248,000 nucleotides of DNA, taken from assembly GCF_000400465.1 (NCBI RefSeq), contig NW_008806280.1, forward strand, positions 20,001 through 268,000. The letters are read 5' to 3'. Made by a program: the position numbers and the translations under genes. Origin of the DNA: Wallemia ichthyophaga EXF-994 (lineage: Eukaryota; Fungi; Basidiomycota). A model generated the notes under the pieces. The model made no database searches. It saw nothing but the letters and a program-made list of their open reading frames with translations, and was not told the DNA's origin. Shown here piece after piece: positions 123,701 to 138,114 of the stretch; the stretch's first letter is position 1; the number at the start of each line of letters is the position of its first letter.

Positions 123701-124137
123701 TTTTCTTTCTCGTCTGCCTGCCTCTGTCGGACTGCTTCTGCATCTGCTTCGGCCTCTTCTGCTGCTAAACGCGCCATATGCTCCTCTTTGGCTTTGCGGA
123801 TAGCGTCTTCTTTGTGTCGAGCTGCAGGTGGGGATTCATTTTCAGACTGCTGATTGATACGCGCTTTGGCAGCGTCGAGTACCAAATCGACGCGACTGGG
123901 GGTGTGTTTGGAGGGAGAAAGGCGTGTAGAGTGGCGCGTGGAAGAAGGTCTATTGACTGGTTGAAAGACATCTGGTCTCTTAACAGGGGATGCATTATTC
124001 CTCAGTCTGTGTTGACGCTTTGGTGATCTTGTAGAGACAGTTGGGCTGTTTAAGAGGTTATTATTCAAGCCATTGAAGGTGGTATCTAAAAGATTATCCT
124101 CATTATTATTCAACTCGAGGTTAATCGATTGATCCAT
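120790..124137 (-). CDS. Large charged-helix protein with TPX2-like C-terminus
   Basis: ER/K repeats; TVPVAFNFAT, PNFKELH, terminal RVHPNP. Confidence 0.6.
122450..123040 (-). repeat. Coding tandem repeat (ERERHLARLAKE units)
   Basis: About seven recognisable copies at protein and DNA level. Confidence 0.85.
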
Positions 124138-124228
124138 ATGATTGTTGGTGATAAACAGAACAATTTAATAGAGACGACCCTTGAATATTATAAGTGTAGC
124201 TCACTATTATTCTTAATCACCGCCCATC

Positions 124229-125110
124229 ATGACCGACTCCAGTAAATACCGCTCCTTCTCAATCAACGCCGATCTACTAACCCAGTACAGCGTACGCCTA
124301 TATAAATCCACATCAGTCATTCGGTATGTCTGATTATAAGCCTAGCAATGTAAAATGTTAGTTAGTTACGCCCTTTCCAACTACCCTGACAACCCGCAGC
124401 GTTTCGAAAGAGACAGAGAGGTGGCCTAATCAGAGGGACGATCATTGGATTGATATTCAGATGGATCTTCTGTGTGCTAATACTCGGGATAGTCATCGCT
124501 AGTGTGTTATAGTCTGATTACACAGTCACTCCTCTTACCCTCCTCAGTCGGCATAATCGCCACAATCGTTCTTTACGTAAAGCCACCAAATTTAGCCTTC
124601 TTGGGCGTTGAGGAGCCAAATAATGGCAGTACCGTATCCGCTATCAACAACGCATTGAGCATAAACTTCGATTTGCAGATTCAAGTCGATAACCCAAACA
124701 CCTTCGACATCACATTCAACGAACTCTACGCACAGCTCTTCTGGGGTGCTACTAACATCTCTATTGGCTATGGCAGAGTTGAGAATATCGATATTCGCAG
124801 TGAGAACACCACAAATTTCAGATACCCGTTCCATATCGTCTATAAGGCTAGCTATGATCCTAATAGACAAGTCCTTGGTGGTTTACTTGACTCATGCGGT
124901 CTCACAGATCCTAACAGCAAGCCTCCAATCGACATCCAATACGATCTCGATATCGACGTAAAAGCTCTTTCCGTAAATATCAAACAGACCATCAGCAATT
125001 CCATGTCTGTCACCTGCCCTGGCTTCAGTGAAAGCATGCTACAGGATGCTGTTGGCGATACTATCTCGGTAGATGTTTTGGTGGATGAGTTGACTAGAAA
125101 TCAACGCTAG
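124229..125110 (+). CDS. LEA_2-domain single-pass membrane protein
   Basis: TM then V.NPN.FDI beta-sandwich and Cys pair. Confidence 0.7.
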
Positions 125111-125166
125111 CTTTGTTAGCTCTTACTTGATTTATTTATTTCTATTAATAATGATAATGCATACGT

Positions 125167-127518
125167 CTAATTTCTTAGCAATGACAAAGCGTACTCCTCA
125201 TCGTCATCTATATCTCGTGTCTCACTTTCCTTCTTCTGCTTCTTCTGGCTCGATTCTTTGTCGTTGCTTTCACCATCACTACCACTCTCACCCTCAATCT
125301 CATCCTCATCACCCAAATCGAACTCCGGTGACACATAACCATCATCCTCGCCATCTCCAATAACAGCTTCAGCTGCATCATCGCTGTCGTCGCCCTCAAC
125401 CTCCCTATCCTTCCTCTTACGCTTCTTTTCATCACGTTTCTCCTTTGCAACTCTCTTATTCTCAACGTCAGCCAATTTGAGCTGTTTATTTTGTTCATCG
125501 ATAAACCGCTTCTTCTCATTATCGACGTCGACATCTTCCCCTTTCTGTAATTCGTACAGTTCATGCGCTTGTCCGTCCTCGTCGAAGCGCAATTTATGAC
125601 CAGGCTCGCTCTTCCCTGCGATCGCCTTCTTCGACTGACCCGCTCTAAGTTTCCGTTTTGAGAGGTTACCCGCAGCGTCATCTTCCTCTCCATCGCTACC
125701 ACCGCTCTCCAGCTCGTGATCGCGACGAGTGATTGTCATCAGCTCCTCATCCGACTCTCCCTCTCCCTCTCTATTCCTGTCTACAAGTGCATTGTAGTGC
125801 TCCGATAGCTGTCCTTGGTTCTTACGCTCGAAAAGTTTGTCATACTTGGTGCGCACCCCAGGTTTACTTTGTGATTCCTTTTGCGTTTGTTTCTGCAGCA
125901 CGTCAGTTTAAATCTACAAACTGCCAACACTTTTCAATCTCACCGCTAAATCAGTATCCTCACTATCATCTCCACTTTCCTGATTCTGCTCCTGCTCTTG
126001 CTCACTCTCACTCACCTCCTTCTTATCCTCCGCTCTCGCTCTTGCTTTCTCCGCCGCCATGAACTTAACCTTGGGCACACCAGGCAGACCGAGACTACCC
126101 GCGTATTCGCTGAGTGGGTAGCGCGTAACATCAAAGACCTCTTTATCCTTCATGAGATGCAGTGAGCGGACATAGCTAACGAAAGCCTTCTGAGCGAGGT
126201 ATTTGATTTCAGTATCTTGGAAAGCATGTGCTTGTAACGCATTCCCAATAGGTTGCATAAGTTTCTCCTTAATCTTAGTTCCTTTTGGCGTAATGTGTTT
126301 TTCTTCGAGTCTCTTTAACAATGCTTTCTCAGCAGGCTCGACTAGCATCAGCGCACATCCCTTGCTGTTGTAACGTGCTGTGCGTCCGACACGGTGTATA
126401 TAAGTGTCTGCATCTTCAGGCGCATCGAGTTGTACCACCCAGTCCACTGCAGGTATGTCCAACCCACGCGCTGCGATATCCGTCGCAAACAACACCGCAT
126501 GCGAAGCTCGACTGAACTGCGCAAGAGTCGCGTGCCGTTTCGCTTGCTTCAATTTACCGTGCAGCTGCATCAAACTTATACCAGGACGCAGGTGCGAGAA
126601 CGTCTCATATATGTGTCGTACTTGCTTACATGAGCTAGCGAATACGAGCACTTTGTTCTGTTTGTGACTCTTCACGAACCCGAATAAAACATCCAGTTTG
126701 CGGTGGAGAGGAACGAGTGAATAGAATTGCGCCAAATTCTTTGGTGTCGGATCTTCCCCATTATCCGTGTTTTTCAGCTCGACATAAGCTGGATCATTGA
126801 GACTCATCTTGGCAAGTGAGGCGACTGATGCGGATATAGTAGCCGAGAATAGCAAATTCTGACGCGTATGCGTTGGTGGTAGCTGGTCAATGATCGCGTG
126901 AACCGTCTTAGCGAATCCCAAATCAAGTATACGATCAGCTTCATCTAGGATCAGCATCTTGAGGTTATCGGCGCTAAAACCGTAAGTTTCGTCCATATGT
127001 TGTAGGAGACGACCAGGGGTGGCGATGAGAATGTTCATCTTATTCAGTCGCGTCTTCTCCTGCGCAACGTTCTTCCCTCCAATGAGCAGACCAGCAGAGA
127101 AAGTGTGATTGGTGCCTATAGCGTGGAGAACCTTGAATATTTGCAGCGCAAGCTCACGCGTTGGGGCTACGACGAGAGCACCTAGTCCATCAGTGCTCGA
127201 CCACTTTTCCTTGTACAACAGCTCGAGCATCGGCAGGAGATAGCTGAGCGTCTTACCACTGCCGGTGCGCGCTGAACCGACGAGATCCTTGCCTTTGAGC
127301 GCCAAATGCGTTGTCGCTGCTTGGATTTCCGTCATCTTAACGAATCCATTGCGCTTCATCCCCTTCTTGGTCTGCTGGGAGATAGGCAGCTCGTCGAACA
127401 GCTCAGTCTTCTCGCTCAGCTCCTTCTGGAGAGCGTGCATATCCCTGAGATTATTATCATCTGCCACACGCTTCTGATTTATGCGCTTGTAGGGTTTTGT
127501 CTGCTGCTTGGATTTCAT
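125167..127518 (-). CDS. DBP4: DEAD-box helicase DDX10
   Basis: ARTGSGKT, DEAD, HRVGRTARY. Confidence 0.92.
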
Positions 127519-127567
127519 CGTCGCGGCCAAAATGCAAGAGCAATACATCAACATACAAATAACCAAT

Positions 127568-129872
127568 TCAAGTCAAAATCTTAATGTCCTTATCCATCCC
127601 GCTCAAATACTCCAGTATAACCTCCCTCCTCTTATCCCAACCTTGTAATATTCTGTACCTGCTATCGTTGGATAAAATTTTCTCCATCTCGTCAATATTC
127701 ACCTGCTGAGCCAGCTGCTTGAGATCCTTATTCCCACCGCCGAACACGCCCTCGTCTGTCTCATCATCATCATCTTCCTCTGCTTTGAAGACCTTTTCTG
127801 CATCCTTTGTCGCATCTTCCTCCCCTTTCTTTACGCGGCCCCAGTATCCGACAAAGGAAGACTCTTTCAGAAGCTCCTTGAATTCCTTAACCGCGTTTCT
127901 AAACTTGGCTGCCTGCCACTCGACGTAGATTCTTTCTAGTTCTGCCACCGACGCGTCTAACACCTTCACCGCCACCTCGTCCTTGATCTTGTCGTGCACA
128001 TCTTCAAATGCATCATCGAGAGTCTTGAATTCCCTCTCAAAGAGCTCCTTCACCCCATTCACCCGCTTGTTGTAGATCCCATCGGCGTGCTCTTCGAAAA
128101 GGTCCCTCTTTCTTCTTACGCTGAGATCGACGTTGAATCTGCTGTCCTTGGCCAGCTCTCCTTCCAGCTCTCTCCACCTGATCTACATTTCCGTCAGTCA
128201 AATCAAAATTCCAGAACACCACCCACCTTGTGATTCCTCACCGTGTCTATCAACAAAGTCCGGTATTCTCTTTCAGCTTCATTGCCGGCTAGAGCAGTTT
128301 TGGACGCTTGCGTCTTCTTATCAAGACTTTCTCTTTCCTTATTGAAATTCTCTTGGCGTGCCTTAAGTGAGGCTTCAGCCCTGGCAGCTTTGTCTAGCTT
128401 TTTGGGCTCGTCTTCTATAGGCGCAGGTATTACGTTTTCTTCAGCTTTGGGTAATTCCTCTGGTTGCTCACCCGCCAATTCTTTCTTGTATGCGTTAAAG
128501 AGCGCTTCCTTGGTACTTCCCGACTGCAGCTTCTTATACGCAGAATGAGAAGAGAGTAGCGGTTTTAACTATTGAACTTTGTTAGCTTGGCAATGTGCAT
128601 ACACTCACACCGACCTCCTTGTAATCAGACTGAGCTGTAATATCGCTAGTGTCTCTCAGCAGCCTCTTGAATCCCTCCTCCACCTTCTGAGCTTCTTGGC
128701 GTTTAGCTGTCAAGTATAAAGTCAGCAATCACCAAAAGCAAAAGTCACTCTCACCTTCTCCCAACTCCCTTAACCACGATTTGAACACCTTTTCTCTCTC
128801 TTTGTCATCTCTACCGAATCCAAAGAAGCGTCTATCCTTCTTGAATGTCTTCCTGAATTCTTCGAAGCGCGCACGCGTGCTTGTAACCTCCGATCGAAGC
128901 AGCTCCCTGTAGCTGATGGCTGGGTCAACACTGACAGTACTCCTTTTCGCCGACTGCGCTTTATCCCTGCAATACTCATCGAATGCATCCTGCCTATCCT
129001 CGGTATTCCTCAGACTAGTATACCGGCTATCATTAACGAAAGTGGTAAGAGCCATATCCCAAGGCATGAGTGGATTGATATCATACTCCTCCAGCATGCT
129101 CTTGAACAGCGCGACGGCCTCTTCATGGTTATAGTTAGCTTCGATCTCTGCGGCTTTCTTCTCTTGGTATTCTCTCATACGTTCATTCTCCATCTCGCGC
129201 TGCTCAGCCAGCTCGGCATCGAGTATATTCTTATTGTGGTTGCGTTCTGCGTCCATTGCCGCCCGCGCTGCTGCTGCGTAGTCTGCGTCGTCTCCACCGT
129301 CACCGCTGCCGTCTTCATTTTCTCCATCCTCTCTGGCTTTCTTCGGCTCAACGTCTATCCAGCCGCTATCACCGGGCTCCTTCTGCTCACGCTTCCGCTT
129401 CTTCTCTGCAGCAGCAGCATTCCCATTCTGCTCGTCCTCTTCTAGCTGCGACACCTGCGATGCTATCTCAGCAGGCACCTCCCACACACTTTCCTTGCGC
129501 TCAGTGTGGAGGTAGAAGGTATTTCCGAGATTTGTCGTTATCCTCATCCACGCTGTACCTTCTATCGATGTCTTTTTCGCTGGTTTTTCTTTCTTGGTCT
129601 TCTTCGTCTGGCTTGGCTGTGCTGCAGGCGCAGCTGGCGCTTGCATCGGTGCTGGCGGCGGTGCCATTTGCATTTGCATTTGCATTCCAGCAGGTGGCAC
129701 AGGTAGCGGTCTCTTGTATGTGGATTTCTTTGTACTGGCGTTGTAGTAGTAAGGTGTACCCGACGGAGCTGAGCGATTTGCCTGTTAAATCACCTTATTG
129801 CACTCTAGCATCTCACCCACCCTTATGCTCTGTCCATCCTTCCGGCAGCGGTGGTGGTGGTATTCCATTCAT
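127568..129872 (-). CDS. WW/FF-domain splicing factor (Urn1/TCERG1-like)
   Basis: Two WW domains and several FF domains (DSRY, DRRF). Confidence 0.82.
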
Positions 129873-129952
129873 TTTGATAGTATCGGTGAGAGAATTAACA
129901 CGCTTAAAACAAGGAAAGTAAACGTAAATGAAATAAATAGTCTATATTGCTT

Positions 129953-132900
129953 TTACTCTTGCAACAGATGCGCGTAATCGTCTGCACTAGCAAACATAGG
130001 TAACGCCTTCTTAGCTTTCTTGGCCGCTCTAGCTTCCTTGTTGTTACGTTTGCGCTTTCCGCTGACTTCTTCCTCCTCCTCTGGTTCACTACCGTCCTCC
130101 TCATCCTCATCTGCGCCAGGAACCTCCATGTCCTCATCAATAGACAACAGGTCATCCTCTTCGTCATCGAGACCACCAACACCTCCTTCGTTGTCCTCAT
130201 CATCCTTGTCCTCGTTATCCTCACCATCCTCATCATCCTCATCGGATTCTGAATCTGCTTTAGCTGCTTTGTCTTCCTCACCTTCAGCTTCGGCATCACT
130301 GTCCTCCAACATGGCAGGATCGACGTGGTCTTCATCACTCTCTTCGAGGTCGTCATTCTCCTGTCCTGGCATCGTAGCTTGCATAGCCTAAAGAGTGGTT
130401 AGAATTTACCATAAAACCAATTCAGACGATGCGCACCTTCCAGATCTCATCCTCGTCGAACTCTTCCTTATCATCAGATGCAGCATCGTTATCGCCATCC
130501 TCCTTCTCATCCTTCTGCTCATCCTCATCATCGAGATTGACATCTTGACCTTGGTCAGTATCATCGTCACTCTCGCCCACACCTTCATCGTCAGAAGCCT
130601 TCTTGCGCTTATCCCTCTTAGATGCTTTATCTTCCAACCTCTTGTTACGCTGATTGAAGAATTTATGGAAGAAAAGCTGATCAGGAGCTACATTTGCCTC
130701 CTTCTTCCTCATAAACTCGTTGCTGTTCATCATCAACTCTCTAGTAGCACCCTTGACATTAGAGACAGTTTGTGATCGGTCAGACGCAGCAATAGGTTGC
130801 ATGAGCGATGCACCCTTTGGCTTGATGTCTTTCTTTGGATTCTTGTAGACGAATCTGTCGAGGAAATGCATGAGTGTGTTGAGGTTGAGATCCGATGAAG
130901 TTTTCACCACTTCTCCATTCAGTAGCTGCTTAGCCTGAATAGATACAGAGGGGTGATAGTGCTTTGTGAATGGTATCAACTCCCACAGACAACTGTGCTG
131001 AGCATTGCTATATTGAGGATCGCGCTTGAACTTGTCGTAAGACGTCGAAGCTACTCCACCACTCTCATTCTCTTCCTCCTCATCCAACATCGCTCTCAAT
131101 GAGGGATGGCTAGCGAATATGCCGTTGAGATGGTAGAATGCACCGCAAATGAATGAAGGTGATTGTCCGAGTAGCATTTGCAATATACGCTTCACAAACG
131201 CTGCTACTCGGGCATTCGATGGATCTCTCTTCATAGCCGAGAACAACAAGTTGAGGTACATGGACTGCTTTGACGAGCCTCCCAGTCTTGGATCCAGCAG
131301 CGACTCATACAATGCACGGTAAAATCTGTCTGAGACTGTGTCCTTTATAATCGTTATTTGGTAGATTAGTTGTAATGCTTGAATAGCTATGTTGAAGGTA
131401 CCAGTGTGGGTGATTCTAAACAGAGTATTCATGTAATTATCGAAACTGAATTTGTCAGTACTGCGAATGTAAAGTCATTGGACTCACATTTTTTCATCAA
131501 TATCAGCGTATGGCATGGCACGGTGTACGCCGGCCAAAATACCGGCAACCATCTTAGACTTTTTCTCCTCAAGAGCCTCAGGATCATCTTCGACATCTTC
131601 CTTCTTGTCTTTCTTAACATTCTTACCTTGGTTTTTCTTACCCTTCTTAGCATTCTTAGCATCCTCCTTGGATTTCTTCACCAATGTTTCCTCCTCCCTG
131701 AGGAAATCTTTGAAGCAGTTAAAGTATATTTCTATCAGTTTGTTTGCAACGCCAGTGTCAGCCTTTGTGAACATGATCTGATTTAATGTAATAATCGCGT
131801 AGTACTTGGCAGAGTCTGACATGTTTGGACGGAAGATGAGATCACCGACTTCGCGACTGATAATGCCTTTCATTGCAGGGTGAGCTTGCAAGACAACAAG
131901 CAGCTGATTAGAAGCTTTTGATGCTACTTGACGAGAAGGATCACCCTATCCTTGATTTAGTTTTGTTATTGAGAAAAAGAAAATACCTACCAACTTGTTT
132001 ACTAGTAGTCTAAGCAGATTATGCTCCTGCTCTGGCTTGTTTTTCAAAAGCTGGAAGATGAGCATGACAGCTTGCTGCCTTACAAAGACGAGATTGTCAT
132101 GAGTGATCGACTGAAGTATGTCAGCATACTATAAGCCCCAAAGAAAGCTCAACTCACCTCAAGTAGCTGCAAAACCTCAAAGAAATATCCCTTGAACCAA
132201 TTTTCAAAGGCCCAGAAAGTGAGATGCTTATCGGTTGCACCCTGATGGGTGAGGTTGGGCTGATCGGCGATATAAACCAGCTTTCTGTTAGAAGGTAGAC
132301 CGTGTGGACCAGCCAACCAATCAACTAGGGCCTTCATTGCCCTGAGTGCCTCTTCACGCTTAGGTTTTGCAGCCATATTCTTGAGAGATTCGAGACTGGA
132401 AATGTTATGGATAGGCGACTCAGCAACCAAGAGGGCGAGTGCGGAGACTCTATCATTAAGAGTACCAGACTTAAGCATCTGATCCAAGAATTTCTTATCA
132501 GAAGCAGAGACGGCTGAGCTTGAAGAGGCGATCTTTGGTAGATCTTCGAGTAGCTTCTGTGCGTGTGATATCTGCCCATCAGAAGTCAACGATTTGCTAG
132601 TGTTAGCCTTGGATTTTGAGAGTTGAGGGAGAGGCTGAAGGAACCATTGAGGAATTTGGACGAACGGACCGTTTGGATCGATTTCACTGAGCGGGTCTGC
132701 GTCTGCGTCTTGCTCAAATTGATTATCACCTTCTTGACTAGAATCTTCTTGCTCGCTGTCGTCGTGATTTTCATCATCGCTAGCAGAAGCAGCCTTCACG
132801 TCAGTCTCGCTACCGTTGGCATCGACATGATCATCGTTATCGTCATCTTCCTCTTCCTCTTCCTGAGGCTTAGCAGAGTTGAAGTCGAGAGATTTGTATA

Positions 132901-133165
132901 AATCCTTCAAATCTTTCAATAAAGCTGGGTCATTCTGCTCGCCGCTATTAAACACGTGCTCGTCATCACTGTCGACGCCTTGGAACAGCTTCAAATCGTC
133001 TTCATCGCCGCCGAGAGCGAGAACTTCCTTCTTGAGGTCGTTGTGGGGAGCATGTTGAGGATGTTGTGGCTGCTGCTGCTGCAATTTACCACGCTTATCC
133101 TGCGTGCTCTTCTTATCCCCCTTCTTATTCCCGTTTCCTTTCTGTTTGAATTTATTAGGCGCCAT
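129953..133165 (-). CDS. MAK21: Ribosome biogenesis factor Noc1/CEBPZ
   Basis: GTLNDRVSAL; DRFYRALYESL; HYHPSV; FASADDY. Confidence 0.93.
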
Positions 133166-133217
133166 AGATGGTCGAACGAGATGAAGAGATTGTTGATTCG
133201 AAACGGTCAAGACAAAA

Positions 133218-134197
133218 ATGCCGAAAGCCGAAGCGGGATCATCGAAAGCAGTTGGAAATGCCATGAAGGCTAAAGGTGAGTTGTGATTGTATAGCCACCG
133301 CCAACTCTCATGCTCACGAATCCCAGGCCTCGGGAGATTAAGATGGTATTGTCAAGTATGTGAGAAGCAGTGCAGAGACGAGAACGGCTACAAGTGCCAC
133401 ACGCAATCTGAGAGTCACCTGAGAGCGATGCTTCACGTCGGCGAGAATGCAGGCAAGTTTATATCCGACGCTTCCCAACAATTCCAGCGTGAATTCGTTA
133501 TTCTTCTTTCAAGAAGGTGAGTTTGAGCGTGTTATCTGGAATGCAGCGATTGTAACCAACACGCAACAGACACGGCACTAATCGCGTTGCTGTCAACACC
133601 GTTTACCAGGAGTTCATCGCCGATAAGCACCACCTCCACATGAACGCCACTCGCTGGGTAACGCTGACGGAATTCACAAAGTACCTTGGCAGAGCTGGTA
133701 TTGTTCGTGTCGATGAAACTGAACAGGGTTTGTACGTCAGCTGGATCGATAACTCCCCTCAAGCTCTCGCACGCCAGGAGGCAAGTCTTAAGAAGGACAG
133801 ACAGCATATGGATGATGAGCAGCGTGAGCGTAAGATGATTGCTGAGCAAATCGAAAGAGCAAAGCTTCAAGGTGACGGTGTTCCTAAAGAGCATAAACCT
133901 AGTGTCCTCAACAAGGGTGACGCTCCTATTAAACTCTCTTTGAATTCAAACTCATCTGGTCAGAGTAGTGCTCCTAAGATTTCACTCAAGCCGACTGCTG
134001 CTGCTGCACCCGCATCCACGCAGAAACCAGCTAACGTCTTCAAAGCTGCTAAACAATCTAAAGCAACACCCGTTACACAGACTCCACACCAAACCAAACC
134101 AAAGTCGGCTATGGAGTCGCTCATGATTGGTAACGAGGAACGCAAGAAGCGTCTAGCTGAGCGTGAGCAAGGCCAGAATAAGAAGGTGAAGCTTTAG
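133218..134197 (+). CDS. RTS2: KIN17-like zinc-finger protein
   Basis: LRWYCQVCEKQCRDENGYKCH; HMNATRW. Confidence 0.92.
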
Positions 134198-134432
134198 CGT
134201 GTCACCGCGTCATCACCTCAACTCCACACTGTACTTTTCTATCAATGTAATAATATATGCATATACGGTTGAATGTCTAGAATACAGTTGAATGTTATGC
134301 AAATACGGTCGTTAGGTGTTGAACAATGGCAATGACTTGATGAGAGTGATTGAAACATAGAATAACCAGGGAGTGAAAATCATGAAACTGTTGAGGTTCA
134401 TAGTCTGTAAGCTGCCTTGCGAGCTATACCAT

Positions 134433-137400
134433 CTACTCCGCCATTTCCTCTACACTTGGACAGCTACAGGTAAGGTTACGATCACCATATGCTATCACAC
134501 TATCAGTAAACTACCATCACGCCCATAAATTCACTCACCATCATCCACTCTCCCCACAGAAGGCCAGAACTTGTTATTGGCGAGGTAAGCGAGAGGATAA
134601 ACGGCCTTTTGGCGTGAGTATGGTCGTGTAGCAGCCCACTTGTCATCTGACCAAGCGAGAGATGAGAGAGTATGAGGGGCATTCTTGATAACGTTAAGCA
134701 CGCGATCCGCTTTTCCATTTGCCACCTCATCAGCCTCCCCCTTGATATGAATGAGTGCATCAATAAACCTATCGAGCGTCTCCTTGTTTTCTGACTCAGT
134801 AGGCTCTATTAGCATAGCAGATGTGATTGGCCAGGAACAGGTTGGTGGATGAACGCCAAAGTCCTGTGAAGAGGTGGAAAGGGTCAGTAAGTGTCATTAC
134901 ATCCATACGCATCACAAACTCACCTGCAACCGCTTGGCGAAATCCATCACCTTTAATCCACTTTCTTCGAAATTAGCCAAATCTAAAAGCAGCTCATGCG
135001 CCACAGCCCCTTTTGAGTTAACGAAACGGACATTGAAATGCCCTTCTAGCCTTTTCTTGATATAGTTGGCATTGAGGAGGGCAATTTTAGACGACTCAGT
135101 GAGGCCACTCCCGCCCAGCATTTTAATATACGCCCAGCTGATGGTGAGGATGCTAGCGCTGCCTTGCGCAGCAGCACTGACAGGTGTGAGTGACGAATCT
135201 GTACCGTGCGGCGAGAGAGGATGACCAGGTAAAAATGGTACGAGATGTTCAGCAACGCATATAGGTCCTACACCCGGTCCACCACCACCATGTGGAATCG
135301 AAAACGTTTTGTGCAAATTCAAGTGACAAACATCTCCACCACAGGTGTATGGGTTAGTCAAACCAACTTGTGCATTCAGATTGGCTCCATCGAGATAAAC
135401 TTGCCCTCCCTTATCGTGGACTAGCTTGCATGCCTCTTGCACACCTTCCTCGAATACTCCAAATGTTGATGGATAGGTGACCATGAAAGCTGCGAGATTC
135501 TCACTGTATTCTTCACACTTTCCGCGCAGGTCTTCCATATCTAACCGTCCATCCTTGAGCGTCTTGATTGGGACTACTTTCATCCCTGCCATCACCGCCG
135601 AGGCGGGATTTGTGCCGTGAGCTGAGAGAGGAATGAGACATATGTTTCGTTTTCCGCCATCCCCTTTGCTTTCATGATACGCTTTGATTACTGACAGGCC
135701 TGCGAATTCACCCTGCGCACCACTGTTTGGTTGCAGCGATGTCGCACTAAACCCTGTGATAGCAGCCAAGTCATCCTCCAATTCCCTTATCATCTTAGCA
135801 TACCCTTGAGCTTGGTCTATTGGCACGAACGGGTGAACACTCGACCACTCAGGCTGGGTGAATGGAATCATTGAGCTTGTTGAATTCAACTTCATAGTGC
135901 AGCTACCAAGTGGAATCATGTTGTGAACAAGCGAAAGATCCTTGCCCTGTAGGTAGTAGATATACCTCAAAAGCTCAGTCTCTGATTGATACCTGTTGAA
136001 AGTCTCGTGTTGGAGATAGGATGATTGTCTCTGAAGTTTTTCATCTGCAGCTACTTGCAGTGTAGGCAGAGTGTGACGGGTGAGGTTAAGATCGAGCGCA
136101 ATTTCCTCCAAAGCTTGCGGACGTGTGAGGTCTTTAGCAGCTTGGGATGCTTCTATGCCGCGGGCTGTTCTGGCCTGGGAGAAAACATCCAATAGCGTAA
136201 GTATGTCCTTCTCGGTGACACTCTCATCGAGCGTGATCCCGACTGTGTGGTCGTCCACGCGACGCAAGTTTATGCCATTCGCTATAGCGGCAGCGTGCGT
136301 CGACTCAGCTGATGCGACATGAACAGTGAGCGTATCGAAGTAACTGTCTCGATTCTTGACCGTGAATCCCTCTTTTTCGATACCCAGCTTAAGCACTTTT
136401 GTGAGAGCGTGAACTTTGGCTGCTATCTGACGCAAGCCCTGGGGACCATGATAAACAGCATACATAGCAGCCATGTTTGCAAGCAATGCCTGTGCTGTGC
136501 AGATGTTCGAAGTAGCTTTATCGCGTCTGATGTGCTGCTCTCTCGTTTGAAGAGCAAGTCTATAGGCTATTTTGCCGTCGGAATCTTTTGATACACCAAT
136601 CAACCTTCCTGGCATCCTACGCTTGAGGGCGTCTGAGCAGGCGAAGAATGCTGCATGAGGACCACCCTGGTTGGAAATGTTAGAAGATTTTCGACGACGG
136701 TAATGTAAACCTCACGTATCCCAATGGAACACCGAATCTAGCAGAGTTGCCAACGCAGATATCAGCACCAAACTCGCCTGGTGGCTTGAGCAGAGTGAGA
136801 GCCAAGAGATCAGTTGCGCAGACAGCAAGACCACTAAGGCTGTGAACTTGGCTGATTAGGTTGGAGTAGTCTTGGATGGCGCCGTCAATATTTGGCTGAA
136901 CACGGTGTCAGAAGAGCAATGAAAAAGAGTATCGACACTCACATACTGGAACAAAGCACCAACAAGGTCAGAACGTATATTGTCCTTCTGTAAAAGATCA
137001 TTAATGTCGCCGTGGACAACGTTGATACCAAGACCACGAGCGCGAGTGTGAAGAACAGCGAGAGTCTGAGGCAAGACACCAGAATCGACGATGAAAGTGC
137101 GCTTGCTACCTTTTGCGGTACCGAAAGCAATAACCATAGCCTCTGCAGCAGCAGTAGCCTCATCGAGCAAAGAAGCATTAGCGATGTCCATTCCGGTGAG
137201 AGAAGACACCATAGTCTGGTAATTAAGCAAGGACTCGAGTCTGCCCTGAGAAATTTCAGGCTGATAGGGCGTATAGCTGGTATACCAAGCAGGATTTTCA
137301 GTGATGTTGCGGAGAATGATTGGTGGAGTGACAGCGTTGTGATAGCCCATGCCTATGTACGATTTAAAGAGTTTGTTCTGGCTGCCGAGCTGCTTGGCGC

Positions 137401-137731
137401 GAGCAAGAAGCTCCGATTCGGAGAGTGGGGGAATGGAAGAGTCGTTGATGGAGTCGTGGATGCGTATATTCGCAGGCACAGCGTCATTGATGAAGTGGTC
137501 AAATGACGTGTAGCCGAGTGAATCGAGCATTTGGTCGACATGGGCAGAGCGTGGGCCAACGTGGCGGCGGGTGAAGGAGTCAAGTGGAGCGAATATGCTG
137601 TTCGCCGTGGTTGGTGGCGCGTCAGCCACCTCGAAAGTAGCCAATGAGCGTAGGCATTGGCTGGTCGTGCTTGTGCGGCATCTGAGAGATCTGAGAGACC
137701 TAAGAGACGTGAGAGCCCCAGATCTTAACAT
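134433..137731 (-). CDS. GCV2: Glycine decarboxylase P protein
   Basis: YTPYQPEISQGRLE; LQTREQHIRR; HLNLHKTF. Confidence 0.96.
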
Positions 137732-138114
137732 TTTGAATTGAATTTAGCTGATATTTGGGCGTTTCAGACAAGATGATAAAACCAATTAACCAAATTAACC
137801 AACGGGATCCCGGAAATACTGATAAAACTGATCGATAGACACATGCTCATCTCGCTTAGACTGCGGCAGCTATACTGGCTGGCTCAGCTGGTGTAATCAA
137901 TTGAGCTGTAAATTCCAGTCACGCGGCTTATCTGGATACCCTGTTAGCCCTGGATGCCCCATCACAGCGATCCATGTAAGCGTGTTGATTGAAATATAAA
138001 AATATAAAAACATCAGCGCTATCATGTGTTTTCGTATGCCATTTTCTATCGGACACGACCGGAGACTTGTTAGACTGGAAACACGTCATCTCTCTCACCT
138101 CTTACACTCGCAAA

